In this document: positions 48,131-58,135 of the stretch, piece after piece
Numbering within the stretch: the stretch's first letter is position 1
Layout of the letters: each line of letters starts with the position of its first letter
Translations under genes and position numbers: made by a program
Notes under the pieces: model-generated
Told to the model about the DNA's origin: nothing
The model's input: the letters and a program-made list of their open reading frames with translations, nothing else
Database searches by the model: none
NCBI GenBank assembly: GCA_001793155.1
Contig: MGHI01000026.1
Span: 271-64,270, forward strand
From: Candidatus Woesebacteria bacterium RIFCSPLOWO2_01_FULL_39_61
GTDB lineage: Bacteria > Patescibacteriota > Microgenomatia > UBA8517
Direction of reading: 5' to 3'
Length of the DNA: 64,000 nucleotides

Positions 48131-49546
48131 TTATTTCTTTGCCGGTATGTTTTCTGTTATCGGTAAAAAGTCAAAAGATAACTTGAATTCCTGATTTACC
48201 TCTGATTCAAAACTTGAAATGGGAATAATTACGGATCCAACGTTTGGATTAGTTTCTAAGTTATCCTTAAATTGGAGAAGGTCAGCACGAGTTGCCGCAA
48301 CACCACCCAAGTCGATCTTACCTATATCCAAATCTAATTTATAAATGGATATCGTTATCCCAGCAGGCTTGGCGCCGTTAATATCGTTCAGGACTTTTTG
48401 GGGAGGAGTTGTAATTTTTTTAATCTTAAGTATCTTTTCTGCAAATTCATTTATGTATTTAACATCCTTAATTGCTTCCTGCCTTTCGACCATCAAACTA
48501 CCGCCTCTCGTTTTACTATCTTTTAAGTCGCTTACCTGTTGCACCATCAAAAGGTATGCCCCTAATGTAATTAAAAAGGAAATCCAAACAAATAAAGTAA
48601 CTGTCAGAGTTAAACTCCAAATCTGGAGTTTAAGGCGTGCTTTTTTATATTTTTCTACCAATAAATTCGGTAAAAGGTTTATTGTAAAGGGGTCAGACGG
48701 CTCGCTCAAATCCTTAAGTTGCATGGAGATAGGAATCAAATACTCCTGCAACTGAGTGTCTGATAGTCCGCTAATTTTGGGTTTAAGAAAACTTATTTCT
48801 TTATTAATAATTTTTTGAAGCTCCCTTTGAAGCGTTTCGTCTGTCTCTGTTCCACCAATAAAAACTTTATCCGCGTTAAACTCTTTATAGTGAGATATCA
48901 TCTTTACCGCTGTAGCAACAACGGATTTTACATCCTGGTTTCTTAGAACCGAGGTACCGAAAATTTTGTCTCCTTGAGCCAAAATTATAATTGACTCGCC
49001 GTAATTTTTATAGATAATTAGGCAATTTTCTTTGTTGTCGGAGGAAGTTAATCTCGATAAACACAAAGATGGGATTACAACTGCTAGAGGAAAAAGATCT
49101 GCTTTTTCAACTGCTTCTACATAGTCGAATAGTGTTTTTTTATCTATTGCGACGATGAGAATTTCGTACTCTTTATCCTTATTATTCACTATCTTCCAAT
49201 CCATAATCATCTCGGTCAAGGGAGATGGAAGATATTCTTGTGCTTGCCAACGAACGGCCTCATCTAACTCGGATAGCTGAAGTTTCGGAATAGTTAACAT
49301 TTTAGTAAATGTCGAAAATTCAGGAAGTATGATGCCCGCAGTTTTTTCCTTCAAATGAATCTTGGACCATGCACCTTTTAATATATTGGCTAAAGCTAAC
49401 TTATCATCGACCACACCTCCTTTAATCAGTCCTTGAGGGAGGTCCAAAGAAGCATATTTCTGAACCTTTTTCTTCTTGGAGTCAAGCTGAATTACAGAAA
49501 GTTTATTGGAAAGAAAGTAAAGTGATACAAAAGTTTGATTAAACAT
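48131..49546 (-). CDS. pilM: PilM-PilN fusion
   Basis: LPQGLIKGG, AVRWQA.EYLP, DW, INLLP, TM, PilN-like G.A.TRADLL.FK. Confidence 0.8.
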   Translation of the reverse strand: MFNQTFVSLYFLSNKLSVIQLDSKKKKVQKYASLDLPQGLIKGGVVDDKLALANILKGAWSKIHLKEKTAGIILPEFSTFTKMLTIPKLQLSELDEAVRWQAQEYLPSPLTEMIMDWKIVNNKDKEYEILIVAIDKKTLFDYVEAVEKADLFPLAVVIPSLCLSRLTSSDNKENCLIIYKNYGESIIILAQGDKIFGTSVLRNQDVKSVVATAVKMISHYKEFNADKVFIGGTETDETLQRELQKIINKEISFLKPKISGLSDTQLQEYLIPISMQLKDLSEPSDPFTINLLPNLLVEKYKKARLKLQIWSLTLTVTLFVWISFLITLGAYLLMVQQVSDLKDSKTRGGSLMVERQEAIKDVKYINEFAEKILKIKKITTPPQKVLNDINGAKPAGITISIYKLDLDIGKIDLGGVAATRADLLQFKDNLETNPNVGSVIIPISSFESEVNQEFKLSFDFLPITENIPAKK

Positions 49547-49640
49547 GGCAGGAAATTTTAGATTATCAATCCATTATTGCAAATGCATCGCGTGATATCA
49601 ACCAAATTAATATTAGGTGCTACTAAATAATTGCTTTTTC

Positions 49641-49751
49641 TATTGCATTTGCGAGTGTCCGGTCTTTAGGTTGGGGGGTGAAGCGAATGCAACAAACTTG
49701 TTAAGCCTAAGAGGCGAAACTACTCTGGCCTTTAGGCCAGAGTAGTTTATA
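49641..49751 (-). mobile_element. Family-2 palindromic element (reverse orientation)
   Basis: Minus strand ATAAACTACT-CTGGCC TAAA GGCCAG-AGTA...AGTTTGTT...; matches 51119-51227. Confidence 0.6.
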
Positions 49752-49768
49752 CTTAATATCAACTGATT

Positions 49769-51124
49769 ATGTTTCAGGTCCTGTCCAAAGATAGAAATCT
49801 CAAAAGTGGCCAAGTACTTCTTAGCATCCTTATTTCTATTGCTGTTTTTGCGATTCTTACACGGGCGATTTTTACGCTAGTTGCTTCATCCTTTGATCTA
49901 GTAAACTTTAACCGATCCAGGATTACCGCAAGACATTTAGCCCAAGAGAAAATCGAATTGGCAAGAAATTTACCTTATGACCAAATTGGAACTGTCGGAG
50001 GCATACCGAACGGAATTCTAGCGGAAGAAGAAAATATTCAAAGGAACGGTCTTAATTTTTTAGTCAAAACAAGCATCATCTTTGTAGATGATGATTTTGA
50101 TTTGACAGCCCCAAATGACACGGACCCGGAAGACTACAAAAGGATGAGGGTGGAAGTTTCATGGGAGGGGTTGGCGGCTTCAAGAAAAAATCCGATTGTT
50201 TTAATCACGGATATAACTTCCCAGCAGGCTTCGGGATCAACAACAGGTGGAACTTTGGTAATTCTGGTATTTAATGCTAACGGTCAAGCCGTATCTCAAG
50301 CCGAAGTTACAATTACCGCCCCTTCCTTAACCCCTCCTGTAAATGTGACTCAAACCACAGGGAATGACGGTAAAGTGACACTTCCCGGAGCAGAGCCTTG
50401 TAATAGTTGCTACCAAATTACGGTTACAAAATCAGGGTTTAGTACCGATCGAACTTACTCAACCAGCGAGGTTACAAATCCAATCAAACCCCACGCGAGT
50501 TTATTGGACGGCGAAGTCACCCAAGTTAGTTTTCAGATTGACCTGGTAGGGATAATAAACATTGCCTCGGTCGATAGCCGGGAAAATAATTTTGCAGTAA
50601 AAGGATCGGTCCCCTTCCGCCTGCGAGGAAACAAAATTATCGGAACCAATACATTAGGTCAATACGTTTATAAGCTTGATACTAACTACACTACTGATTC
50701 GGGCGGAAACTTTAATCTTCCCAATGCGGAGTGGGATACATACCAGGTAATCATGCCTACCGCAACATCCTGGGATATATCAGGCACAGAACCCCTGTTG
50801 CCGGTGTCTTTAATTCCGGGTGGAACTATAGATCTTACTTTTGCCGTCGAACCTCATACAAGCCATAGTCTTCTGACAATCATCAGAGAACCTTCTCAAA
50901 GTCTTATTGCTTCGGCATCGGCCAGACTTTACGACGGTGTCGGATTTGACCAGACCCTTGTAAGCGGCGAGTCAGGAAATCCAGATTTCGGTCAGGCTTT
51001 CTTTTCAAATCTTGGGGAAACGACATACCAAATCGAGGCAACCGCCTCAGGATATCTGAATTTTAATGGTAATTTTGACGTTACCGGTTATACGGTGGGG
51101 GAGGTGGTTCTCACCCCCGAATAA
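49769..51124 (+). CDS. Minor pilin-like protein with carboxypeptidase-regulatory-like Ig domains
   Basis: SGQVLL prepilin-like N-terminus, LAQEKIE.ARNLPY, DYKR..VEVSW, repeated Y.I...KSGF / ATASGY. Confidence 0.75.
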   Translation: MFQVLSKDRNLKSGQVLLSILISIAVFAILTRAIFTLVASSFDLVNFNRSRITARHLAQEKIELARNLPYDQIGTVGGIPNGILAEEENIQRNGLNFLVKTSIIFVDDDFDLTAPNDTDPEDYKRMRVEVSWEGLAASRKNPIVLITDITSQQASGSTTGGTLVILVFNANGQAVSQAEVTITAPSLTPPVNVTQTTGNDGKVTLPGAEPCNSCYQITVTKSGFSTDRTYSTSEVTNPIKPHASLLDGEVTQVSFQIDLVGIINIASVDSRENNFAVKGSVPFRLRGNKIIGTNTLGQYVYKLDTNYTTDSGGNFNLPNAEWDTYQVIMPTATSWDISGTEPLLPVSLIPGGTIDLTFAVEPHTSHSLLTIIREPSQSLIASASARLYDGVGFDQTLVSGESGNPDFGQAFFSNLGETTYQIEATASGYLNFNGNFDVTGYTVGEVVLTPE

Positions 51125-51227
51125 ACTACTGCAGACCAAAGTCTGCAGTATTCTAGAACATTCGTTCTAGACAGTTTGTTCACTGCTTCGCTTCTCCGCC
51201 AGTCGGCGGATCGCGAAGTTTGAATAA
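51119..51227 (+). mobile_element. Family-2 palindromic element
   Basis: GAATAA direct repeats; hairpins TACTGCAGAC/GTCTGCAGTA and CTTCGC/GCGAAG with nested TCCGCC/GGCGGA; core AGTTTGTTCACT. Confidence 0.65.
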
Positions 51228-51229
51228 AA

Positions 51230-51895
51230 ATGAAAAAAAGTGTAAATTGTAAATTGAAAATAAATAACCAGCTTCGCTGTGAAAATTACGAGCGAAGTGG
51301 GTCAGGTTTTACCTTAATTGAGATACTAGTTTCGGCTGCAATTATGGTCATCCTCGCTGCAGGATTTCTAGGTCTTCAGTATATTTTAAGCAGAAACCAA
51401 GTCACCGCTTGGTCCAATTACTTCGCAATCGAAAGTTCAAATACCGCAATGTCAACACTTATCCGGGAGCTGAGAAACGCCCAACCAAGCGGTAACGGTG
51501 GATACTCATTAGAATCACTTCAGGATTTTGAGATTATCTTTTATTCCGATTACGATTTCGATAGCCACATAGAAAGACTAAGGTATACCTTGACTGGGAG
51601 CCAATTCGTAAAAGGAATTATTGAACCTGTCGGCGATCCTGCAGTTTATGATCCAGCCACCGAGGATGTAAAAGTAATTTCCGATATAATAAGAAACGGA
51701 GCTAATCCGGTTTTTTATTATTACAATTCAGGCTGGCCGCAGGATACGGTTAATAATCCTTTACTACAAATCGACAGAATTGCAGATACCAGGTATGTGA
51801 AATTAATATTAAAGTCAAATCCTAATCCGAATAACTCCGACTTTGATTATGTCTTAGAATCGGATACCAGAGTTCGAATGTTACAAGATAACTAA
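51230..51895 (+). CDS. Minor pilin (PilW/PulJ-like)
   Basis: GFTLIEILV, RELRNA, F.SDYD.D...ER.RY. Confidence 0.85.
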   Translation: MKKSVNCKLKINNQLRCENYERSGSGFTLIEILVSAAIMVILAAGFLGLQYILSRNQVTAWSNYFAIESSNTAMSTLIRELRNAQPSGNGGYSLESLQDFEIIFYSDYDFDSHIERLRYTLTGSQFVKGIIEPVGDPAVYDPATEDVKVISDIIRNGANPVFYYYNSGWPQDTVNNPLLQIDRIADTRYVKLILKSNPNPNNSDFDYVLESDTRVRMLQDN

Positions 51896-51896
51896 A

Positions 51897-53318
51897 ATGA
51901 TTTTAGAAAAACAAAGAGGGACAATAACCCCAGCGCTACTTATTATTGCCAGCGCTTTTATCATTATTATATACGGACTTTTATTTATATTGAGTCTGCA
52001 ATTCGACTATTCCCATAGACAAGTGGCGTCAGACCGCGCGCTCCAAATAGCGGAAGCGGGTATAAATTATTACCGTTGGCATTTAGACTCGGATCCCCTG
52101 GACTTTACAGACGGAACAGGAGGAGCGCCAGGTCCATATGAACACGACTATGTCGATCCTCAGGGATCGTCCATCGGAAAATACTCCTTGGTAATTGATC
52201 CACCTACCGAATCTAACCCTGTTGTTACGATAACATCAACGGGTTGGACAAATCAGTACCCTAAAGTAAAAAGAAAATTACAAATAAAATACGGTCAAAT
52301 CTCATTAACCCGTTTTGCATTTCTTCATAATTCCAACGTCTGGTTCGGCGATGATGTAACTATTAACGGTCCAGTATTTTCCAATGGAGGAATAAGGCAG
52401 GACGGACACAATACATCAACAATCGAAAGCTCTAAAGTAACTTATACCTGCGGAGAAGAAAGCGGTTGCAAACCCGACAAGGATGGTGTCTATCCCACGA
52501 AAGACGGTGTCTGGGGCAATGGGGAGCTGGACGAACTTTGGAGCTGGGGGGTAACCCCAATCGATTTTGACAGCATTAAAGTCGACTTCAATGAAATGAG
52601 GACCGCTTCCCAAGGATCAAGCGGTATCTATCTTGGTCCATCGGCTAATCAGGGGTATCATCTTACCTTTGCAGACGACGGCACTGTCTCCGTCTATGAA
52701 GTCACGGGAGTAAATACGATAAAAGGATATTCTTTGGAATATGGTTGCGAAAATCTCGCCCAGGAGATCACTAACGAAGTTGCAGCGGGAACTTATAGCT
52801 TAGCAGATAAAAATATTATATTTGCGGAGAATAATGTTTGGGTGGAAGGAGTCGTGAAGGGTGAAGTCAGTGTCATTGCAGCAGTATATCCGCTGGGGTC
52901 ATCCAATCCGACAATATGGATAGCCCAAAATATTACTTATCTTGATAAAGACGGAAGTAATAAATTGGGATTAATTTCGGAAAAAGATATTGTCTTCGGA
53001 CGGGATGTCCCCGACTACTTTAAAATAAATGGTGCGCTTTTAGCCCAAAACGGCAGAACGATAAGACACCACTACGGTTATCAAGGTTGTAGATCAGTCG
53101 GTCACGATAAAATTAAAAACGAATTTGAATTTTACGGATCATTAATTAGTAATCAGAGATCATATTGGAATTTCAGCTCAGGTGGCGGAAATCCTGCCTC
53201 AGGGTTTACGAAATCTATTCTTAACTATGATCCCACTCTGTATAGCGATCCTCCTCCTTACTTTCCATCTACCGGCGGATACCAGTTCATCTCCTGGAAT
53301 GAAATTAAAAGTAATTAA
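51897..53318 (+). CDS. PilX-like minor pilin
   Basis: QRG, A..IAEAGINY, ITSTG, YDP.L...PPPYF..ISW.E. Confidence 0.8.
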   Translation: MILEKQRGTITPALLIIASAFIIIIYGLLFILSLQFDYSHRQVASDRALQIAEAGINYYRWHLDSDPLDFTDGTGGAPGPYEHDYVDPQGSSIGKYSLVIDPPTESNPVVTITSTGWTNQYPKVKRKLQIKYGQISLTRFAFLHNSNVWFGDDVTINGPVFSNGGIRQDGHNTSTIESSKVTYTCGEESGCKPDKDGVYPTKDGVWGNGELDELWSWGVTPIDFDSIKVDFNEMRTASQGSSGIYLGPSANQGYHLTFADDGTVSVYEVTGVNTIKGYSLEYGCENLAQEITNEVAAGTYSLADKNIIFAENNVWVEGVVKGEVSVIAAVYPLGSSNPTIWIAQNITYLDKDGSNKLGLISEKDIVFGRDVPDYFKINGALLAQNGRTIRHHYGYQGCRSVGHDKIKNEFEFYGSLISNQRSYWNFSSGGGNPASGFTKSILNYDPTLYSDPPPYFPSTGGYQFISWNEIKSN

Positions 53319-53662
53319 CGAAGACAAACCGTGTTTGAAGAAACAGACGGCAAACCATCTCCCGCTGTTGCTGCACATTTTTCTCTAAAAGGATCATCTT
53401 TTAGAAATTGATCTTGATCCAGTGAGGAATCTTCGAATGATATATCTTCAAAATACTTACCTATATCTTGGTCGCTTGCTTCTTTTGTTCCAACCGAAGC
53501 TTCTGCTTTTTCGGAAACCGTTTCTAATTCTTTTTTTTGGCTAACCAGCCCAAAAATAATAAGCCCGATGGATGCTGCTAAAAGAATCAAAACAATATAA
53601 AAAACCAACGGAAGTTCAATCTTATTACTCTCCTTAAATTTTGCAACTTCCTCCAAATCCAT
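53315..53662 (-). CDS. Single-TM hypothetical protein
   Basis: Directly follows pilC; one TM. Confidence 0.55.
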   Translation of the reverse strand: MDLEEVAKFKESNKIELPLVFYIVLILLAASIGLIIFGLVSQKKELETVSEKAEASVGTKEASDQDIGKYFEDISFEDSSLDQDQFLKDDPFREKCAATAGDGLPSVSSNTVCLR

Positions 53663-54874
53663 TTAGATACTTCCTTCCAATCCTCCTACAATACTATAGA
53701 TTGGAGTGATCAATAAAACCACCATAGCTCCCACCGCAATTCCTATAACAAGCATGAGTAAAGGTTCGAGTAGTGCCGTTGCCCTTTTTAATCCATAATC
53801 CACTTCCATTTCATAAAAAGTGGCGAGCTCTTCCAGGACTACTTCTAAACTGCCGGTTTTTTCACCGGCTTTTAGTGTTTGAATCATCGTTATCGGAAAA
53901 GAACGCTTATGTTTTAAGATTATATCGGAGAGGGCTTGTCCTTTGGCAACACCTTCGCTGAATTCCTTTGCCTGGAGCTTAAGATGGGGTTGCTTTAAAA
54001 CATCAGATGACACATCCAAAGCTACCATTATTGGAACGCCACTTTTCAATAAAGTAGAAAGAGTTCTTGCAAAACGTGCCGTGTCAAGTTGATCCATAAC
54101 TTTGGAAATCACAGGTAGCTTTACAAGGTAAGAAAAAATATAAGTTCGGGTAGAACGAATAAGAAAAAGGGCTATTACAATTAATATAATTCCGAAAAAA
54201 ACTCCTATTGTTAATGCTAAATTTCCGCCCACGGTGTCTCCCACGTTTAAGACAAAGCGTGTAACGGGGGGTAAATCCGCATTAAGAGACAAAAATACAT
54301 CGCTCATTTTTGGAAGAACAAAACCAAGCATGATAAAAGCATTTGCGATCATTGCTGCGATAATAACCATCGGATACATCATTGAACTTTTTACTTTTTG
54401 TGATAGTTCGTAGGTTGCCAAAAGTTGCTTTGCAAGATAGTCAAAAGATTTTTCCAAGGTTCCGGATTCTTCACCGGCTTTAATCATCGTTAAAAATACT
54501 GCATCAAAATCGGTTTTATATTTTGCTATTACGGAAGACAGCGGCTCGCCTTTTTGAATATGAAATGCGGAATCAAATAAAACTTGTTGCAGTTTTTTGC
54601 TTTGGGTCTCCTGACGGATAATATCAAGAGCCTCCGGCATGGGAAGACCTGCCCGAAGCATTGTAGCCATAAATCTGCAAAATGCAGCTTTTTCGGATAC
54701 CCCGATCCCGCCTCCGAACATTGAAGTCGCTTTGGGGTTTAAATTTTTGATTGATAATATCTGGAAGTCCTCGGATTTGAGAAATGTAGCGGCTTCCTTT
54801 TGGTTTGCCGCCTGAATTACATCCTCAATTATCTTTTCCTCTTTATCTTTTGCTTTGTATTTATATAAAGGCAT
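53663..54874 (-). CDS. pilC: Type IV pilus platform protein (T2SS F family)
   Basis: AGEESGTL, MYP, FARTLSTLLKSGVP, GEKTGSL, LEP. Confidence 0.93.
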   Translation of the reverse strand: MPLYKYKAKDKEEKIIEDVIQAANQKEAATFLKSEDFQILSIKNLNPKATSMFGGGIGVSEKAAFCRFMATMLRAGLPMPEALDIIRQETQSKKLQQVLFDSAFHIQKGEPLSSVIAKYKTDFDAVFLTMIKAGEESGTLEKSFDYLAKQLLATYELSQKVKSSMMYPMVIIAAMIANAFIMLGFVLPKMSDVFLSLNADLPPVTRFVLNVGDTVGGNLALTIGVFFGIILIVIALFLIRSTRTYIFSYLVKLPVISKVMDQLDTARFARTLSTLLKSGVPIMVALDVSSDVLKQPHLKLQAKEFSEGVAKGQALSDIILKHKRSFPITMIQTLKAGEKTGSLEVVLEELATFYEMEVDYGLKRATALLEPLLMLVIGIAVGAMVVLLITPIYSIVGGLEGSI

Positions 54875-54938
54875 AATTTATCTCAGTATTTCTTTTAAAA
54901 AAAGAAATACTGACAAAGAAAATAATACAAAAAAAATA

Positions 54939-56627
54939 TTAATTCTCTCTTACTACTCTAATCACCTCTTCAATAGTTGTTAAACCGGATGAGACTTTGT
55001 CAAGTCCGTCCTGAAGCATTGTTATCATTCCTTCGCTGACGGCTTCCTTCTGCAATATTTCGCTTGTTGCTCTTTGGGTTATCAAATTACGCAATTTTTC
55101 GCTAACTTCCATAACCTCGTAAATACCAATTCTTCCCCTGTAACCTTTATGATTACACTCCTCGCATCCCTGACCCTTATAAAATTTTTGTCCTTCAAGA
55201 CTGATTCCGAGATCCTTAGAAAGCTTTTTTACAACAACGTCAGGCGGAGAATATTTCGTAATACAATTACTGCATATTTTGCGAAGTAACCTTTGAGCCA
55301 TGACCACATTTAACGTTGAAGCAAGTAAAAAATCTTCAACTCCCATATCGATAAAACGGGGAATAGCACCGGCAGCAGTGTTTGTATGAAGCGTTGTTAA
55401 AACCAAGTGACCGGTTAATGCGGAATGGATAGCAATCTCGGCGGTTTCCTGGTCACGGATTTCACCTACCATAATTATATCCGGATCATGGCGCATAAGA
55501 GCTCTAAGTCCTGCAGAAAATTCCACTCCGGTTTTAGGATTAACCTGAATTTGTGTAACTCTTGCCATAGCATACTCGATGGGGTCCTCAATCGTACAAA
55601 TTTTCACTTCAATCGTATTTAAGATGTTAAGTACGGAATATAAAGTTGTAGTTTTACCCGAACCAGTCGGACCGGTTACAAGTATCATGCCATGGGGTTT
55701 TGTGATATTTTCCCGAAGTATTTCGAGTCCCCGACCGGTTAGACCCAACTCCTCCAAACTTTGCGGTCTATTGCCTTCCCTGAGAAGCCTCATGACCACA
55801 TTTTCTCCGTAAAAACCGGGAATTATTGAAATTCTCAAAGAGACAATCTGATCCTCCATGCTGAATTTATGACGACCGTCCTGGGGAACCCTGTGTTCGT
55901 CAATTTTCAGATTGGAAAGAATTTTTATCCTAGCAACGAGAGCCGCTTCGACTCCGCGGCTAAGTTTTACGATATCCCGTAAGATGCCATCAATTCTGAA
56001 CCTTACTATAACTTCGTCTTCCTGAGTCTCAATATGAACGTCAGATGCTTTTTCCGATATGGCATAACTTAATATTGAGTCAAGGATTCTGACAATAGGT
56101 ACTTCCTCGGCGGCTTTAGCCAAATCTTCCTCTTTAGTAGCTTTTTTCAGATTTTCGGAAATAATTTTCTGGAAGTCTTCTTTTATTCCCTTCTTATATT
56201 GTCCCAGGGCTCGGATTATACTTTCCTTATCGGAATAATAAGGAATTACTTCAAGACCTGTGTGCCTTTTTGCAAACTCCAGTGCTTCAAAATTCTCAGG
56301 ATCCTCCATCGCCAGCTTGAGCTTGCCTCCGTCCTTTTCAAAAGGAACGATTCTGTAAACCCTCGCCATTTTCTCGGGAATTAGTGAAAGTATTTCCTGA
56401 GGAATATTTATTCGGGCTATATCGGTATAAGAAACACCAAAGTGCTCAGAGGTGAGTTTCGCTATCGTTTCTTCGTTGATTAAACCCCTGAAGATCAGAA
56501 CGTCGGTTATTTCTTTATCCAGTTCTATTGCTGTTTTTGCCGCATCGTCGAAATCTTTTTCCTGGACAAATCCCGATCCTACTATAATTTTTTTCAGGGT
56601 TTCAATAGGCAGTTTCATAGGCGGCAC
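54939..56627 (-). CDS. pilB: Type IV pilus assembly ATPase (GspE/PilB)
   Basis: ASDVHIE, PQDGR, GPTGSGKTTT, EDPIEY, GEIRD, LHTN, two CxxC motifs. Confidence 0.95.
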   Translation of the reverse strand: MPPMKLPIETLKKIIVGSGFVQEKDFDDAAKTAIELDKEITDVLIFRGLINEETIAKLTSEHFGVSYTDIARINIPQEILSLIPEKMARVYRIVPFEKDGGKLKLAMEDPENFEALEFAKRHTGLEVIPYYSDKESIIRALGQYKKGIKEDFQKIISENLKKATKEEDLAKAAEEVPIVRILDSILSYAISEKASDVHIETQEDEVIVRFRIDGILRDIVKLSRGVEAALVARIKILSNLKIDEHRVPQDGRHKFSMEDQIVSLRISIIPGFYGENVVMRLLREGNRPQSLEELGLTGRGLEILRENITKPHGMILVTGPTGSGKTTTLYSVLNILNTIEVKICTIEDPIEYAMARVTQIQVNPKTGVEFSAGLRALMRHDPDIIMVGEIRDQETAEIAIHSALTGHLVLTTLHTNTAAGAIPRFIDMGVEDFLLASTLNVVMAQRLLRKICSNCITKYSPPDVVVKKLSKDLGISLEGQKFYKGQGCEECNHKGYRGRIGIYEVMEVSEKLRNLITQRATSEILQKEAVSEGMITMLQDGLDKVSSGLTTIEEVIRVVREN

Positions 56628-56727
56628 TTAGAGTTAGCTAATAGTTTATATTACTAACTTCAACAAATTCATTATATACGAAAGGTGTTGTGTAAAAGAA
56701 GTTACGCTTCAATTAATTACAACTTTC

Positions 56728-57411
56728 CTATTTCTTAAACTTGTCGTACCAGTCATTGAGTATTCTTGAAACCAAATCTTTTGCTCCCAGGCCCACCGAT
56801 AAACCGACCACTAAAACTATCGTGTAAGTTAATCCTTGGAAAAAGGTAGCAACTAATGCCCGGGCTATCTGTAGTTGTTCAACGGCTGCAAAAAAAGTAA
56901 CTATAATTATTACCCAACGGGAAAGCTTGCCTAAAGGTTTTGCAATTTCATGATCAACCGAGGACAATGCACCCCGCACCATTCCTTCTACGACCTTTGC
57001 AATAAAATAACCAGTTGCAAAAATCAAGACTGCGGCAAATATATTGGGTAGATAAGCTAAAAATCTCGTCAAGACTCTGGCAACAACACTTAGTCCCAGA
57101 ATATCAACGGCGGTTAAGAAAAATACAAGTATGATGAGCCACTCGACAATTCCACCCACAAACTGTGTTAAGTCTAATTTTGTTCCTGCTTTTGAGAGAT
57201 AGCCGTCTATCCCTAAAGATTTGGATAACTTCTCCAGTTTTACAAGTTTTAATACTTCAACCACCAGTCTCTTTGCCCAAAAGGCTAATACCAATCCGGC
57301 ACTGAAAACTATGACCGAACCCACAATAGCAGGGATAAATCCGAGAAATGCCGACCAAACCTGGCCCCAAGATGCAATTAGTGCTTCTTGCCATGAAGTT
57401 ATTGAGTTCAT
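56728..57411 (-). CDS. TM-helix / MscS-N-terminal (CmpX-like) membrane protein
   Basis: Two P.I..A..I..G repeats, GLGAKD. Confidence 0.8.
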   Translation of the reverse strand: MNSITSWQEALIASWGQVWSAFLGFIPAIVGSVIVFSAGLVLAFWAKRLVVEVLKLVKLEKLSKSLGIDGYLSKAGTKLDLTQFVGGIVEWLIILVFFLTAVDILGLSVVARVLTRFLAYLPNIFAAVLIFATGYFIAKVVEGMVRGALSSVDHEIAKPLGKLSRWVIIIVTFFAAVEQLQIARALVATFFQGLTYTIVLVVGLSVGLGAKDLVSRILNDWYDKFKK

Positions 57412-57520
57412 TTTCTATCACCCCCTTCTTTTTGTATTCTTAATCATCAAAATAATAGAATCACGAGTTATTTTCAATATTGTTTTAGACAAAACTATTA
57501 TTATTCCTGCCTGTAAAAGG

Positions 57521-57546
57521 AAAACCCCGCCTTTTGGGCGGGGCTT
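57521..57546 (-). terminator. Terminator downstream of rnpB
   Basis: CCCCGCC/GGCGGGG stem with T tail on the minus strand. Confidence 0.6.
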
Positions 57547-57556
57547 ATCCATATAC

Positions 57557-58050
57557 TCTGGAAGATAGTAAGCCAGGTTCTGTTCCCTTTCGGTTTCCTT
57601 CCCGTATTGGGGAAAGTCGGAAGGGGGTGAAACCCTCTTCCGAAAAGGTGACGGTAATCTATCTGAAATTGATGTTGGCTCAACTTCCCCCGGTAGTTAA
57701 CCAGGGTGCTCGTGCATTATCACTATCCCGATTGTCAAAGTGAAATTCGACGATTGCTGCCTCTAGGATTGCCCGTTTCACTCGTCCGTCAAAATACACC
57801 GAGACGAACGCTCGTCTCTGTTGCTCTCGAACTCCGTCATTTCGGAGTCCGTTCCCGAAAAGTTTCGGTTGAACTTTCCTAAGACACTAGCCCTTCCGGG
57901 TCGGAGCTTACACTCCGTTGAGTATCGGCTCGCAGCCTGGACTTTCCTGATCACCCCAAAATCTTGCGATTTTGGGGACCCCGAATTTATTTCTTCTGGG
58001 GCCCCCGTTGACTTTTGTCAATGGGATAACCTAACCGTCCTTCTTCCAAA
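57557..58050 (-). ncRNA. rnpB: RNase P RNA (unusually long, ~490 nt)
   Basis: Minus-strand AGGAAAGTCCAGGCT and ACAGAACCTGGCTTA (P4 strands), terminal GGAAGA/TCTTCC P1, extended -10 TGCTATAAT at 58060-58068. Confidence 0.92.
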
Positions 58051-58135
58051 GCAAAGTGTATTATAGCAAATTTCAAGCCTTTTTTCATTTATTTTTGGCT
58101 GGAAAATGATCCGTTCGGAGTATATTTAGCTTATC

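Noticed and set aside
57501-58066. Short ORFs 57501-57683, 57534-57743 and 57821-58066
   Set aside because: They overlap the RNase P RNA gene
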